Below are positions 1-11,770 of a stretch of DNA of 64,000 bases, piece after piece. Each line of letters starts with the position of its first letter. Within the stretch, counting starts at the first letter, position 1. Below the pieces are notes generated by a model. That model had not been told where the DNA came from. It saw nothing but the letters and a program-made list of their open reading frames with translations, and did no database searches. Both the position numbers and the translations under genes were made by a program. Origin of the DNA: Sphyrna mokarran (taxonomy: Eukaryota); contig JAGIQG010000043.1 of the NCBI GenBank assembly GCA_024679065.1, positions 1,302,001 through 1,366,000 on the forward strand, read 5' to 3'.

Positions 1-1165
1 TGAAACATCTGAACTCCGGAACCTGCAACAACCATTCCTGTCCCTGCTCTATCCACGTCTCTGAAATGGCCACAACATCGAAGTCCCAAGCACCAATCCA
101 GGCTGCAAGTTCATCCACCTTATTGCGTATGCTCCTCGCATTAAAGTATACACACTTCAAACCACCCTCCCGTTTGCCACTATACTGCTGCGACCTAGAA
201 ACCTTATCCGTGACCTCCCTATTCACATCCTCCTGTATACTGGCACAACAATTCAGGTTCCCATCCCCCCCCGAATCAGTTTAAACCCCCCCCGAATAGC
301 ACTGGTAAATTTACCCCCCAAGATATTGGTACCTCTCCGGTTCAGGTGCAGACCATCCCTCTTGTAGAGGTCCCACCTTCCCCAGAATGAGCCCCAATTG
401 TCCAAATACCTGAACCCTTCCCTCCTGCACCATCCCTTTAGCCACGAGTTCAAATGTTCCCTCTCCCTATTCTTTTCTATGCTATCCCGCGGCACAGGTA
501 ACAAACCAGAGATAATCACTCCGTTTGTTTTAGCTCTAAGTTTCCACCCTAGCTCTCTGAATTTCTGCTTTATATCCCCATCCTTTTTCCTACCTACGTC
601 ATGGGTACCTACATGCACCACAACTTGGGGCTGGTTCCCCTCCCCATTAAAGATCCCGAACACTCGGTCAGAGATATCACTGACCCCAGTGCCCGGGAAG
701 CAACATACCAACCTGTCCCCTTAACTAGGGAGTCCCCAGTCACTAATCCAGATCTTTTCTTCCCCCTTCCCACCTGAGCATCAAGGACAGGCTCAACTCC
801 TGATACCCGTACTCCATAACTTATCCCGGTTCTATCTTCATCCCCAACAGCATCCAAAGCAGAGTACTTATTACGTAGAGGAACAGCCTCAGGGGAACTC
901 TGCACTGACTGCTTCTTACCCCTTCTAACAGTCACCCATGTATCACATTTAGGAGTAACTATCTCCCTGTAGCTTTTATCAACAGCCATCTCTGCTTCCC
1001 TAATAATTCTTAGTTCCTCCAGTTCCAGCTCCAGGTCCCTAACACGGTCCTCAAGGAGGTGGAACTGGATGCACCTCTGGCAGGTGTAATCAGCTGGGAC
1101 ACTACCAGTGTCCCTCACCTCAAACATCCCACAGGAGGTACATCGCACTGCCTGCACTGCCATCC
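1..1165 (-). mobile_element. CR1-clade LINE, 5' part: ORF1 (Cys-finger/coiled coil plus SGNH esterase, frameshifted) and start of ORF2 endonuclease
   Basis: ORF 609-1163 (CTSCGM...YTCQRC, heptad LEDRVRDLELELEEL) and ORF 253-711 (VVVHVGTHD, DGLHLN esterase motifs); bases 1-250 match the endonuclease start seen again at 63440-63600. Confidence 0.9.
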
Positions 1166-1245
1166 CTATTACTTCCTTTACACAGAAACAAACATAAACT
1201 TAAACTTACCTGCTCACTCTCCTAGTCGCTCTCCATTTTTTTGCT

Positions 1246-2222
1246 GGAGGCAGGCATTCCGGAGTTATTTAAGAAATACTTAGATGGGCACATGGACAGA
1301 ATGGGAATGGAGGGGTATAGAAAACTGATTTAAAATAGGGATCATGTTCCTTGGGAGTTCCTGGGAAGTGTGTAAATAGATGATTAGATTGGTGTACTTG
1401 TTTTTATCCTTCAGATGTTTAGTCCACTTTGTTGTCTAACAAGGGGCATATACGCGATGGGTCGTGAGAGGGGTGCTCTTGGATTTTTCCGAGCGTATCC
1501 TTATTGAAACATATAAGATGGTTAGAGGTTTAGATAGGGTGGACAGTGATAGCCTTTTTCTTTGGATGGAGAAAGCGAGCACGAGGGGACATAGCTTTAA
1601 ATTAAGGGGTGGTAGTTTTAGGACGGATGTCAGAGGCAGGTTCTTTACCCAGAGGGTAGTAAGGGTATGGAATGCCCTGCCTGCTGCAGTTGTAGATGCG
1701 CCAAGTTTGGTGGCGTTTTAGAGGTTAGTAGATAAGTTTATGGACGAAAAGGGAATGGTTTAGGTTCGAGGGTCATTGCTTTTCCCTAATTGGTCGGCGC
1801 AACATCGAAGGCCGAAGGGCCTGTTCCGCGCTGTAATGTTCTATGTTCGATGTTCTATCCTAGTGCTTCACGTTGTTAGTGTACGCTTGATCTGGAACAT
1901 TTGATGGACAACACGACCGCTCAGTTACTATCGCTTTGTTGTGCAGATACCTGAATTTGTGCCTGTAACTGTGGGAGTTTGCGCATTCTCCCCGTGCTTG
2001 CGTGGGTTTTCTCCGCGTGCTCCGGTTCCCTCCCACATGTCAAAGATGTGCTCTTAGGCGAATTGGGAAAACAAATTCTCCCTAAATTGTCTCAAATTTT
2101 GTTTTTAAACCATGGATCTATAAACATTGACAGGGTTCACGGGTAGACGTGGCATCATCGGGGTGGCGGCCCAGGCTTGTTGGGCCGAAGGGCTGTTTCC
2201 GTGCTGTCTTGTTATTTGTTCT
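1246..2222 (+). mobile_element. 3' end of CR1 family 2 (long 3' UTR with V-SINE core), interrupted at 1501-1857
   Basis: Colinear with 29600-30223 and 44390-45013 once 1501-1857 is removed; TATCCT at both junctions. Confidence 0.8.
1501..1857 (+). mobile_element. CR1 family 1, 5'-truncated 3' fragment
   Basis: LIETYKM...FFTQRVVRVWNALP, ending in GTTCTAT-type tail. Confidence 0.9.
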
Positions 2223-2529
2223 TTGATCTTTGTTAATGGGCCAGGGCACCTATCTAGCATGTCTATCGGACTGGAGAATGAAACTAGCAGCACCACTGGA
2301 GGAATCCCACACAGGCACGGGAAACAGTGCAAACTCCACACATACAGTGACCTGAGCATGGAAACAATCCCAGGTCCCTGAAATTGTGAGGCATAATTGA
2401 TAAGCGCAACAAGACACTCAGCCTGGGGCCGGGGCTGGGAGGGCAAATGCATACTGTCGTGCTTTCAAATCACCTGAGCTCCTTCTATTTCTTCCAAACA
2501 GATAGCAATCATCCTGATTTGTCACCGTG

Positions 2530-4090
2530 CGGTTTTGCAGGCATTACACAGTGCGATCCCAGTGAGGCGCTGGTGAAGGGATTAATCCCAACATTAATGA
2601 ACTACATTAACCTGAATGTGGAGAGCCTGGTAGGAAGGATTACTGACAAAATGGGTTCGGATATGCGCAGTGAGTGTTCAGCTTCAGTGAGGGCCTGAAC
2701 TACAGACATGATGAGGTGGTAGAGGCAGCCGCAGAGAGCGTGGCTCGGCAGCAAAGACGCTCATTGCCTGTGACTGCATCTGTTTGCTGTTTCAGAACAC
2801 CCTTACTCACAGCCCGTTCAGTGCTGTGCAAAACGCACTGAGGGGAGGAGATCGCTAACCAACATTCCGACCACTTCACCACCTGATACTTGAGATGGAA
2901 AATACCACTCGAGCAGAAGCTGCCAGTTTACTTCAGCTTTAATAATTGTGGTGTTTTTTTTTTGCACAGAACTGCCTGCAGTGGTCAAACGCTGGGACTA
3001 AGTGTGAGAATACAAATTGATGAGTGTGTCCAACCTGGGGTGTATTAGATTAAACAGAGAACAGGCTAGTATACAATATGAGGGAGAAAAATCGCACGGA
3101 AAGAGTACCAACTCGCCTGTGCCCATTATGTTTCTAAAACGGAAGTAATCCCATTTGCCTGCGTTTGGCCAATATTCCTATATACGGACCACACTCTTGT
3201 GTGAAAATGTTTCTTCTCAAAACCCTTTTAATCGCTCCCCTCTCCTATCGTGGATAATCGGCACCCGGAATAAAACGGCGCAGATATGGGGAGAACGTGC
3301 AGACGCCAGTACAGGCAGTGACCCAAGCCAGGAGTCGAAGCGGATCTTGGAACTGTGAGACAGCAATGCTAACCATACTAATGCAGTAAATATAGGGTTC
3401 AGCCGGGAGGGGAATTGGACATTGTCGAATTACCATGCCCCCACTGCTCGTTCCACCAATTTCCAGCAAAAAAACAATCTTCCTGAATTGTTACAGTGCG
3501 TTTGTGTCGATATTACACCGTGCGAACCCAGTGAACTGCTGGTCAAGTGATTGGTTCCCTCTATTAATGAGTGTCATTAATATGAATGCGAAGAGCTTGG
3601 TGGAAAGGATTACTGATAAAATGAGTTCTGAAATGAGCAGAGAGTGTTGGGCCTTACTGAGAAATGCTTGATTTTGAACGATGAAGAAGGGAGTCAGTAG
3701 AAGCCGTAGCTGAGAACTAGCTTTGGCAGCAAAGAGGCGCATTTCCTGAGAGCGCGGCTGATTGCTGCGAGTCTCAAAATATTCTTACCCACCGCCTAAT
3801 TGGGGCTCTGCAACATGAACTGAGATGCGGAGATGGTTGGCCAAAATTCTGATCATTTCATCACCTGATGTTTGAGATGGAAAAAAAAAATGATGTTCTT
3901 GCCAGAAGCTGTCAATGCCTTTCCTGTTTTTTTTTACAGTTGAGGCGCTTCATGTACAAAACTGCATAAGTTGGTCAAACACTGAAACTAAGTGTTAAAC
4001 TGCAGATTGATGAATGTTATCCTCCGAGGGTGGATTTGGAGTAAACAGAGAACAGGCTCGTGTACAATTAGAGAGAGAAATACAACATGG
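2530..4090 (+). repeat. Diverged direct duplication of a ~560-600 bp unique segment (about 2530-3090 and 3490-4090), probably a decayed coding exon
   Basis: NVESLVGRITDKMGSDMRSEC vs NAKSLVERITDKMSSEMSREC; several differences are synonymous; both copies have stops and frameshifts. Confidence 0.7.
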
Positions 4091-4451
4091 GAACAGGTCC
4101 TTCAGCATCACTCGTTCTTGTTGACCAGTTTTCCTAACCTGAACTAATTCCGTTTCCCTGCACTTGACCATATCCCTCTCGACCTTATCCATTCATGTAC
4201 TTGTACAAATGTTTTTTTAACGTGTTATACCTGCAACTAACATACCCTTTGAAAGATTATTCCATATGCGCACCACGCTCTGTATGAAGCACTTTACCCC
4301 AACATCCCTTGATATGTTCCCTCTCAACTTCGAGCTGTGCTCCTTAGTTTTGCTTCCCGACTCCTTTTGATGAAGCTGCTTGTGAACTCACTGGGAATAT
4401 ACAAAACCCACCTGCAGGGGCAAGTATCAGTAACAACCACATGTTGACTTC

Positions 4452-4768
4452 TGTGGACAGTGATAGCCTTTTTCCTAGGATGGAGAAAGCTAGCACGAGG
4501 GGACACAGCTTTAAATTAAGGGGTATGAGTTATAGGACGGATATCAGAGGTAGGTTCTTTACTCAGAGTGATTAGGGAGTGGAATGCCCTGTCTGCAGCT
4601 GTTGTAGATGCGCCAAGTTTGGTGGCGTTTAAGAGGTTAGTTGATAAGTATATGCAAGAGAAGGGAATGGTTTAGTTAGGAGGGGCATTGCTTTTTATTT
4701 TGGTCGGCACAACATCGAAGGCCGAAGGGCCTGTTCTGTACTGTATTGTTCTATGTTCTATGTTCTAA
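4452..4768 (+). mobile_element. CR1 family 1, 3' fragment
   Basis: Near identical to 21670-21988; (GTTCTAT)n tail. Confidence 0.9.
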
Positions 4769-5506
4769 GACTTTATTTCAAATTTGGACTAACTGTCTTC
4801 ATTTGCGCCCCTCTATCGTACAAAGAGGAAATTCCGACACTGGAATTAGCTCAGTTTCGCAGGAGGATAGCAGGGCGGAACTATCATTAGTAACTATCAT
4901 TAGTATCATTAGACAGACAAAAGAAATACAGACTGGGTCTCTTATTCAAAAAGATAATGCTGATGGGTAACAGAATAGATTTCCTGAAAATTGAACCAGT
5001 AGCACCTATTCAGTAGCAGTTTCCGGCAATGGCCTCGTGGTATTATCGCTAGACTATTAATCCAGAAACACAGTTAATGCTCTGAGGATACGTTTAGAAT
5101 TCTGTCACGAGTGCTGATTTAAATTTGATTTCGATGTAACAATTTGGAAAATCTGGAATTAAAGATATACTGATGAGCATGAAAGCATTGTTCACTCTCA
5201 GAAACGAACCAACCTGGTACACTCAATGTCTTTTCGGGACGGAAATCTGCCACCCTCACTCGGTCTGGCCTACATGCGATTTTACAGCCACAGTAATTTG
5301 GTTTTACAGTGTCAATGAATCTGAAATGCCCCCCACGTGCAAAAAGTAAATGTTAGCCAGCCACCACGCCCGTGTCCTACGAATGATTAAAAACTTAGAT
5401 ATTTAAACTTAGAAACGTTCACCCGAATCTTCAGTTTGCATCTTTCCAATAGTACACTCTGCACTACACTGGAAAAAAGTTAATTATTGCACTCTACTAA
5501 GTTCTG

Positions 5507-5775
5507 CAGTGGACAGCACTGCTGCCTCACAGCACCAGAGAACCGGGTTCGATGTCTGGTTTGGGTCACTGTCTAGGTGGAGTCTGCATGTCCTCTCCCT
5601 GTCTGCGTGGGTATCCTTGGTCACTCTCACGAGCTAGTTGCTGCATTGGCCGTGCTAAAAATTGTCCTTCCTGTATCCGAGCAGGTGTCGCAGTGTGGCG
5701 AATAGGGGATTTTCGCCGTAACTTCATTGCTGTATTACTGTAAGCCTAATTCTGCCATTAATAAAATAAACTTTA
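5507..5775 (+). mobile_element. tRNA-derived V-SINE-like element; related copies at 6262-6550 (+) and about 7490-7785 (-)
   Basis: A/B-box-like head (cagtggacagcactgctgcctcacagc...gggttcgat), V-SINE-like core, shared tail ending aataaa. Confidence 0.7.
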
Positions 5776-6025
5776 TTTCAAGAAGATTCGATGTTTAGAG
5801 TCGGCTGCTCAGCTGTGGCGCACAAACTATAAGGATTGTCAAACGCATATTGCGTTCACCCCAACACTGCCCTATAATGGTGACATAATCTCCACAGCAG
5901 ACGTCGTCATAGTTTCCATTGAATCTGTAAAGGCCCAACTGAGTGGGACGCAGACCACGTTATTGTGTCCACAGTGTCTGTAGAAGCGAGCCCATGAGAC
6001 ACAATACGAGGAAATTTCAATCAAC

Positions 6026-6080
6026 ATGGTCGAAGAATCTCTATCTTTGATAGTCATTTTCCAAATCCTGAGATTTCACT
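6026..6080 (+). CDS. Gene A exon 1, signal peptide (MVEESLSLIVIFQILRFH)
   Basis: ATG in aacATGg context, hydrophobic core, phase-1 GTGAGT donor at 6081. Confidence 0.75.
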
Positions 6081-6634
6081 GTGAGTAAGAGGCGGGTAGA
6101 AATTTTAAGCAGAATGAATTTTATAAAAAATAATGAGTTTTCTTCGAAGCCAAAAAAACGTGCCAGAGTTCAGGTGAAGGCTTTTGAACTAATCATATAA
6201 ATTAATTTATAAAGCGAAAAAAATATGTATAACAAACGAAAATTACAAAGAATAATGAGATTGCACAGTGGATAGCACTGCTGCCTCAGAGCGCCAGAGA
6301 ACTGGGTTCGATACCTGTTTGGGTCGCGGTCTGTGTGGAGTCTGCACGTCCTCTCCCCGTCTGCATGGGTTTCCTCCCATCGCTCAAGTTTGCTCCCACA
6401 GTCCAAAAGAGGTGCCAGTTGATGCATTGGCGGTGCTAAAAATTCTCCCTCAGTGTATCCGGACAGGCCTTGCTCTGTGGAAAACAGGGGATTTTCGCCC
6501 TAACTTAATTGCAGTGTTAATGTCAGGCTACTTCTGACATCAATAAAGTACGTTTTAAATCGAGGCGATTTGATTTTTAGAGTCTGCTTCAGGTATTTCA
6601 ATAATCAGTGCTTCTCTCACAATAAACTCTCTAG

Positions 6635-6964
6635 TTACAGAATCCGAGTCCTCTCTGTCTCAGATCCCCTTCACAGTGACAGCTGCAGTGGGCCAAACGG
6701 TGGAGTTATTCTTCCATGACACTCAAGAAGTGAATTTGGTATCCGACTATGCTTGGTACAAACAGAGGCTGGGTGAAGCCCCGATACTAATAAACACCAC
6801 AACCTGTACTAGGCCCAACTGTAAGTTTATTTCTGAAAAAGGCAATCCAGGGAATGTGTTGATTCTGAAAATTCGCAATGTCCAGACCACTGACTCTGGT
6901 TCGTACTACTGTATATATACTTGGTCTGCACTGTTCGGGGATGGAACCATACTCCTGGTTGGAG
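6635..6964 (+). CDS. Gene A exon 2, Ig V-set domain with germline-joined J motif
   Basis: LSQIP..VGQTVEL, WYKQRLGEAP, LKIRNVQTTDSGSYYC and FGDGTILLV in one frame; acceptor ending 6634 (the one ending 6640 would create TAA); GTAAGG donor; B-strand Cys is Phe. Confidence 0.9.
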
Positions 6965-7055
6965 GTAAGGGATCAAGTGAAATCCATTCAGAGTATGCAC
7001 ACCATTATCTTTTTTGTGTAAATTAATCGTTAACTATGTCCCAATTTCTGTCCAG

Positions 7056-7385
7056 ACAGTTCCACCAACAAGACGGCTGTGCAAGTATTTGTCCCGCTGG
7101 CTGAGCTGGATGTGCATGATGCCGTGCCCTTAGTGTGTTTGGTCAATGGAGTTTCTTCCAATCAGGTGGCTATTTTCTGGAATATTTCTGGCCTGGTCAC
7201 TGAGGGATCGAGTGATCCCGGGACAATGGAGGAGGATGGGACCTACAGCATCAGAAGTCGTGTCATGGTGTCGGGGCAAGTCTGGAGAAGTGGCGGTGTC
7301 TGTACTTGCATTGTTCAACCGGGGATTTCAGGCAAATATTGGACGGAGAGCGTGTTCTTCCCCAAAGCAACAGAAACTGGGACAG
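7056..7385 (+). CDS. Gene A exon 3, Ig C1-set domain
   Basis: VQVFVP, LVCLVNG, IFWNISG, DGTYSIRSRVMV, WRSGGVCTCIV; phase 1-1; tccag acceptor, GTGAGT donor. Confidence 0.9.
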
Positions 7386-8329
7386 GTGAGTTGTTAATCT
7401 CCACAATGATGCCTTGAATTCAACTCGGATTCACTTGTGGTAATGTTCCAAATATTCAGAAAGTGACACCTGTTACGTACACAGGAGTAATCTCCCGTTG
7501 TGCCTGCATTATTTATTAGTGTCACAAGTGTGCTTACATTAACATTGCAATGAATTTGCTGTGTAAATCCCCATTCCGGCGCCTCTTGGAGTGCACTGAA
7601 GAAGAATTTAGAATGCCCAATTCCGCCAAGCAGCATGGCTTCCGAGAGTTGGAGGAACGCCTCCAAATTGGAACGCCTGCAAGAAGCGAACACCGATCTA
7701 GGAGAACGTGCCGATCCTGCTCCAAGCCAATATTCAAACCATACTCTGGCACTGTGAGACAGCGGTGGTAACCACTGTGCAGCCCGGAATCTGGTCACTT
7801 CTCCCCTTCAAGGCAGAGTGTTTTTGCCTGCTGCAAGTTTTTACTGAATCTGCTTTCTGCGCCCTATCCAGTCATTGGATTTTCAAATTCAGTTCAAGTC
7901 AGTCCGACGCTGGATGCTCTTTGCAATCAAGAAACAAACACGAGTTGACATTACTTTCTAAATGTGCCTTTTTTGACTGAGGTACTAGTTCAATTTTCCA
8001 CAATCTCACTCCAGAATCTCTGGTGTCCGTTTGGCACCTGTTGCATTATACATTCCTAATACTGGAATCCAATCGCCTTAAGATCAAGATCAAAAGCAAC
8101 ACAAAAATTGCGTTTTAAACAATTTTATACTTTTTGATATTTGATTAAGAGCACGTCTGAATGGCCAATGGAAGCGTATGTAACAATACATATCGCAACT
8201 GGAATTGTATTTGGACTCTGTAGTGGGAAATGTGCAAAGCTTTGAGGGAAAATTAGGTAGTGTGACAGTATTTCAATAGCTGTTTGAAAGATGCGGTGCA
8301 GTCTACGTGCAGTGGGTTGACCCATAATG

Positions 8330-8820
8330 ACATTAGGGATCGAGTTCTACAATTTTGATCCAGCAACTGCTACAGAATGCCGATATGTTTCCAAGTCGTG
8401 ATATTGAGTAGTTTGGAAAAGGAAATGCAGCTGGTGATGATTCCATGTATCCGCTGCCATTGTCCTTCTGGATGAAACGGTTCTAGGTTTGAAAGATGCT
8501 GCCTCGGATCATTGGTGAATTGCTGAGTGAGTGCACACGCTGCTGCTTCTGAGCATCGGCTGATGGAAGGAGTGAATGTGTTGCCAATCAAGCAGGCTGA
8601 TTTGCCCTTGATGATGTCAAGCTTCTTTCGCTTTGTTGGAGTTGCACCCAACCAGGCAAGTGAAGGGTAATCCATCACACTTCTGATTGTGCTTTATAGA
8701 TGGTGAACAGGTTTTGGGGAGTCAGGAGGTGAGTTATTCTCCACAGGATTCCCAATCTCTGACTTGCTTTTTGTAGCCAGTCTGTTTAAATGGGGATTCC
8801 CGTTGAGTTTTGAGCCATGC
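8330..8820 (-). mobile_element. Old LINE fragment, RT C-terminal region, distinct from family 1/2 CR1
   Basis: ORF 8370-8678 MDYPSLAWLGATPTKRKKLDIIKGKSACLIG resembles the LINE thumb motif. Confidence 0.6.
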
Positions 8821-8974
8821 TAACCTGATAGAAAATGTTAATTGTCATTCAGTTATAGATATAACAGAATGTCGAGAGGCACTGCTTAGAGTATCTGCGT
8901 TTAGCTTCCCGTCCTAGCAACGCAGAAAGATTTCTTTGACCCAGCAGCCATTTGTAACAGATTTCTCTCCATAG

Positions 8975-9076
8975 GATGGTGCAATCTGGCACAATCCGTT
9001 GCCATTATTATCCTGGTGATTCCGAATATCCTTCTTGTCCTTCTTTGCTTTTGTATTTGGAAGAGAGGCAGAACAG
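8975..9076 (+). CDS. Gene A exon 4, stalk and transmembrane (GWCNLAQSVAIIILVIPNILLVLLCFCIWKRGRT)
   Basis: ctccatag acceptor, 102 nt phase 1-1, about 21 hydrophobic residues then KRGR, GTGAGG donor. Confidence 0.85.
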
Positions 9077-9173
9077 GTGAGGAATAATATCCAGTATGGA
9101 TATCATTACTATTGTTCATCCTATCTGATTCCCCTCGAAGTTTTAAATTGCTGATCACAGTGTCTTGTTTCAG

Positions 9174-9204
9174 GAGAACGAGGGGAGGTAGCCGCTAATG
9201 AAAG
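9174..9204 (+). CDS. Gene A cytoplasmic exon 5 (GERGEVAANE)
   Basis: tttcag acceptor, GTGAGT donor, open in the incoming phase. Confidence 0.7.
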
Positions 9205-9404
9205 GTGAGTAACTGGGCCAATTTCAAAGTTCACCTCTCTGTATGTAATATGATTTTCAACATAATTCAAAACCACTACTTATTCCAATGGCGCATGTTG
9301 AATTTTCCCATATTTTACCAATGAGTGACTTTTTTCTCAAATATTTCTTGGCCAGGATTTGCAGGGTATAATTCCTGTTTAATTCTGTTTATTTTCTTAT
9401 CCAG

Positions 9405-9457
9405 TTTTAGCTTGACAGAAAGAATGAGTAGAGGGCAGCGGAAAGACAAGCAAATGG
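9405..9457 (+). CDS. Gene A cytoplasmic exon 6 (SFSLTERMSRGQRKDKQM); alternative in-frame start at 9411
   Basis: Polypyrimidine tract plus ccag, GTAAGT donor, phase 2 to 1. Confidence 0.65.
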
Positions 9458-10218
9458 GTAAGTTGCATCCAAACGTTTGCAAAGATTCAACATCATTGAA
9501 CAGATCAATCATGGAGTCTTTGCAGTGCAGGAGGCCAGTCGGCTTATTGAACCTGCATTGAGACCAATCCCATCCAGGCTCTATCCCTGTCGCCTCACAC
9601 ATTTACAGAGTTAATACTCCAGACGGACCCTATTCATTTCCTGTTGGATATACATGTCGATTATGCTGCAATTTTCCCTAATTTTACCAGGCAGGTCTTT
9701 CTCATATCCATATCCAGAGTTGCCTAGTGCTTCACATCTTTACTGTTTGCTTAAACTGATCCAACTGACGGGCAACACGACAGCTCATTGACTATCACTG
9801 TTTGCTGTGCAGACACATGGACCTGGGTCGGATCTCCGACTTAGGCCGGTGTCTGTGACAGTTTGTACTTGCTCCCCGTGCTTGCGTGGGTTTTCTCCGG
9901 CTGTTCCGGTTTCCTCCCATACCTCCAAAACGTGCTTTTAGGCTGATTGATGTTAACAAATTGTCCCTAAATTAGACCTCCCTTAATCTGGCACACACAT
10001 TCTCTAAATTTGCACCCCTTTATTGTAGAGTCCAAGAGGCGTAGACAAAAGTCAGAGGTGGAAGAAGGATTGGAATGAGCCACTCACTGAATGTTAAAAT
10101 GGCGGCGCCGGCTTGTTTCGCCGAAATGCCTGTTTCCTGAGCTGTGTTACTCTGTGTTCGTTGTTCGTTGTATTCCTGACTGCTTTCCTAAATTGACACC
10201 TTCCACTTTGTTATATAG

Positions 10219-10268
10219 ATGACCATCGCCAAACACATCGACAGAGAACACAGGAATGTCTAGTTCAG
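10219..10268 (+). CDS. Gene A cytoplasmic exon 7 (DDHRQTHRQRTQECLVQ)
   Basis: atag acceptor, CAG/GTAAGA donor; only the phase-1 frame is open, which matches exon 6. Confidence 0.6.
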
Positions 10269-10674
10269 GTAAGAGTTTTGCAAATATTTTAATACCATTT
10301 AGGAAATTGGATTTTGGGATAAGTTGCAGGATGTCCCACCCGGGATAGTACATGCGGCTATCAGCGAGCAGCTCACTGTCTGAAACATCTAATTGTGAAC
10401 CAAAATACATTCGTCCACATTTTGGAATCAGAGCATATATCTCTGCGCCTCTTCCAAAATATTGTACAGCGAGCGAGTTAATGTTCCGTTTACAATATAT
10501 CAGGTAGACGTTTCTGCAGATTTCCGGCAGTTTTCATTGCTGATTGCAAGATGTCTTACTTCTCTTCACTTTCTGTTTTTTTTTACATGGTGGATCTAAT
10601 TCCCCCTTAATCAGTTCCAGGTTTCCTCCCATCTGTGCACTGTTGGAAGTGTATTAATTGCTGGGATTATCTTT

Positions 10675-11460
10675 ACAGTGCAATAATGGTTAACAATGCT
10701 GTTTCACAATGTCAGGGACTTGGGTTCAATCTTCGGCTTGTGTCAATGTCTCTGTGGAGTTTTCACGTTTTCCCTGTGCCTGCACGGGGTTCCTCCGGGT
10801 GCTCCAGTTTCCTCTCACTGTCCAAAGATGTGCGGATTAGGTGGGTTGGCTATGCTGAATTGCCCTTAATGTCAGGGGGACTAGCGAGAGTAAATGCATG
10901 GGATTATAGAACATAGAACATTACAGCGCAGTACACGGCCTTCGGCCCTCAATGTTGCGCCGACCAATGGAACCAATTTTTGAGGCTCTATCTTAAACTA
11001 TTCCAACGTTATCCATATGACTATCCACTGACAATTTGAACGCCCTTAAACTTGACGAGTCCACAACTGCTGCAGGCAGGGCATTCCACGCCCTTACTAC
11101 CCTCTGAATAAAGAACCCACCTCTAGCATCTGTCCGATAACTACCTCCCCTTAGTTTAAAGCTATGTCCCTTCGTGTTATCCATCCCCATCCGAGGAAAA
11201 GGGTTCTCACTATCCACCCTATGTAACCCTCTGATCATCTTATATGTCTCAATTAAGTCACATCTTAGCCTTCTTCTCTCTACTAAAAATAACCACAAGT
11301 CACTTAGCCTTTCCTCATAAGATCTACCCTCCATATCAGGCAAAATCCTGGTCATCCTCCTCTGCATCCTTTCCAATGCCTATGGGGATAGGGCCTGGGT
11401 GTGATGGTGGTGCAAACTGGATGGACCGAATGACCTCATGCTGTACTGCAGGATTCTATA
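10675..11460 (+). mobile_element. HE1/V-SINE-like element interrupted by a CR1 3' fragment (10908-11378, - strand)
   Basis: SINE head and core 10675-10907, tail resumes at about 11380; the insert encodes ORF 10993-11376. Confidence 0.75.
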
Positions 11461-11469
11461 TACGTGTTA

Positions 11470-11770
11470 GTTTGAGCTAGTGTGTTTGTGAAATTCTTTG
11501 CATCTCTGTGTCTGTGATGTTGAGAGTTTGTTGTGTGTGAAGTTGTGACATTCTCTTTCTGTGTAACTTTTGTAACTTTCTCGGTGAGAGATTGTGTCTG
11601 TGTTGAGTGGGACAGATGAATGTGTGTGTGCATGAGGGGGAGACTCAGAGAGAGAGAGATAGAGGCTACGTGTTTGAGGGAGTCGGTGAATGAGTGAAAA
11701 CTTCCGTACTGTATGTGTTTCTGTGTGCATCTGTGTCCTATGTGTAAGTGTGTCTGAGTCTGTGTGTCCT
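11470..11770. repeat. Degenerate TG/GA low-complexity tract
   Basis: Interrupted tgtgtg and gagaga runs. Confidence 0.7.

Noticed and set aside
5507-5560. tRNA genes at SINE heads
   Set aside because: Degenerate A/B boxes without a cloverleaf, continuing into SINE bodies
5970-6010. CACAGTG heptamer as a recombination signal (also 6672-6678 and near 9156)
   Set aside because: No acceptable ACAAAAACC nonamer at 12/23 spacing, and none borders a V end or J start
6635-7385. Calling genes A/B a conventional TCR or Ig light-chain locus, or a processed retrocopy
   Set aside because: Fused VJ, about 100-nt V-C introns, TM plus multi-exon tails, and retained introns; no gene symbol assigned
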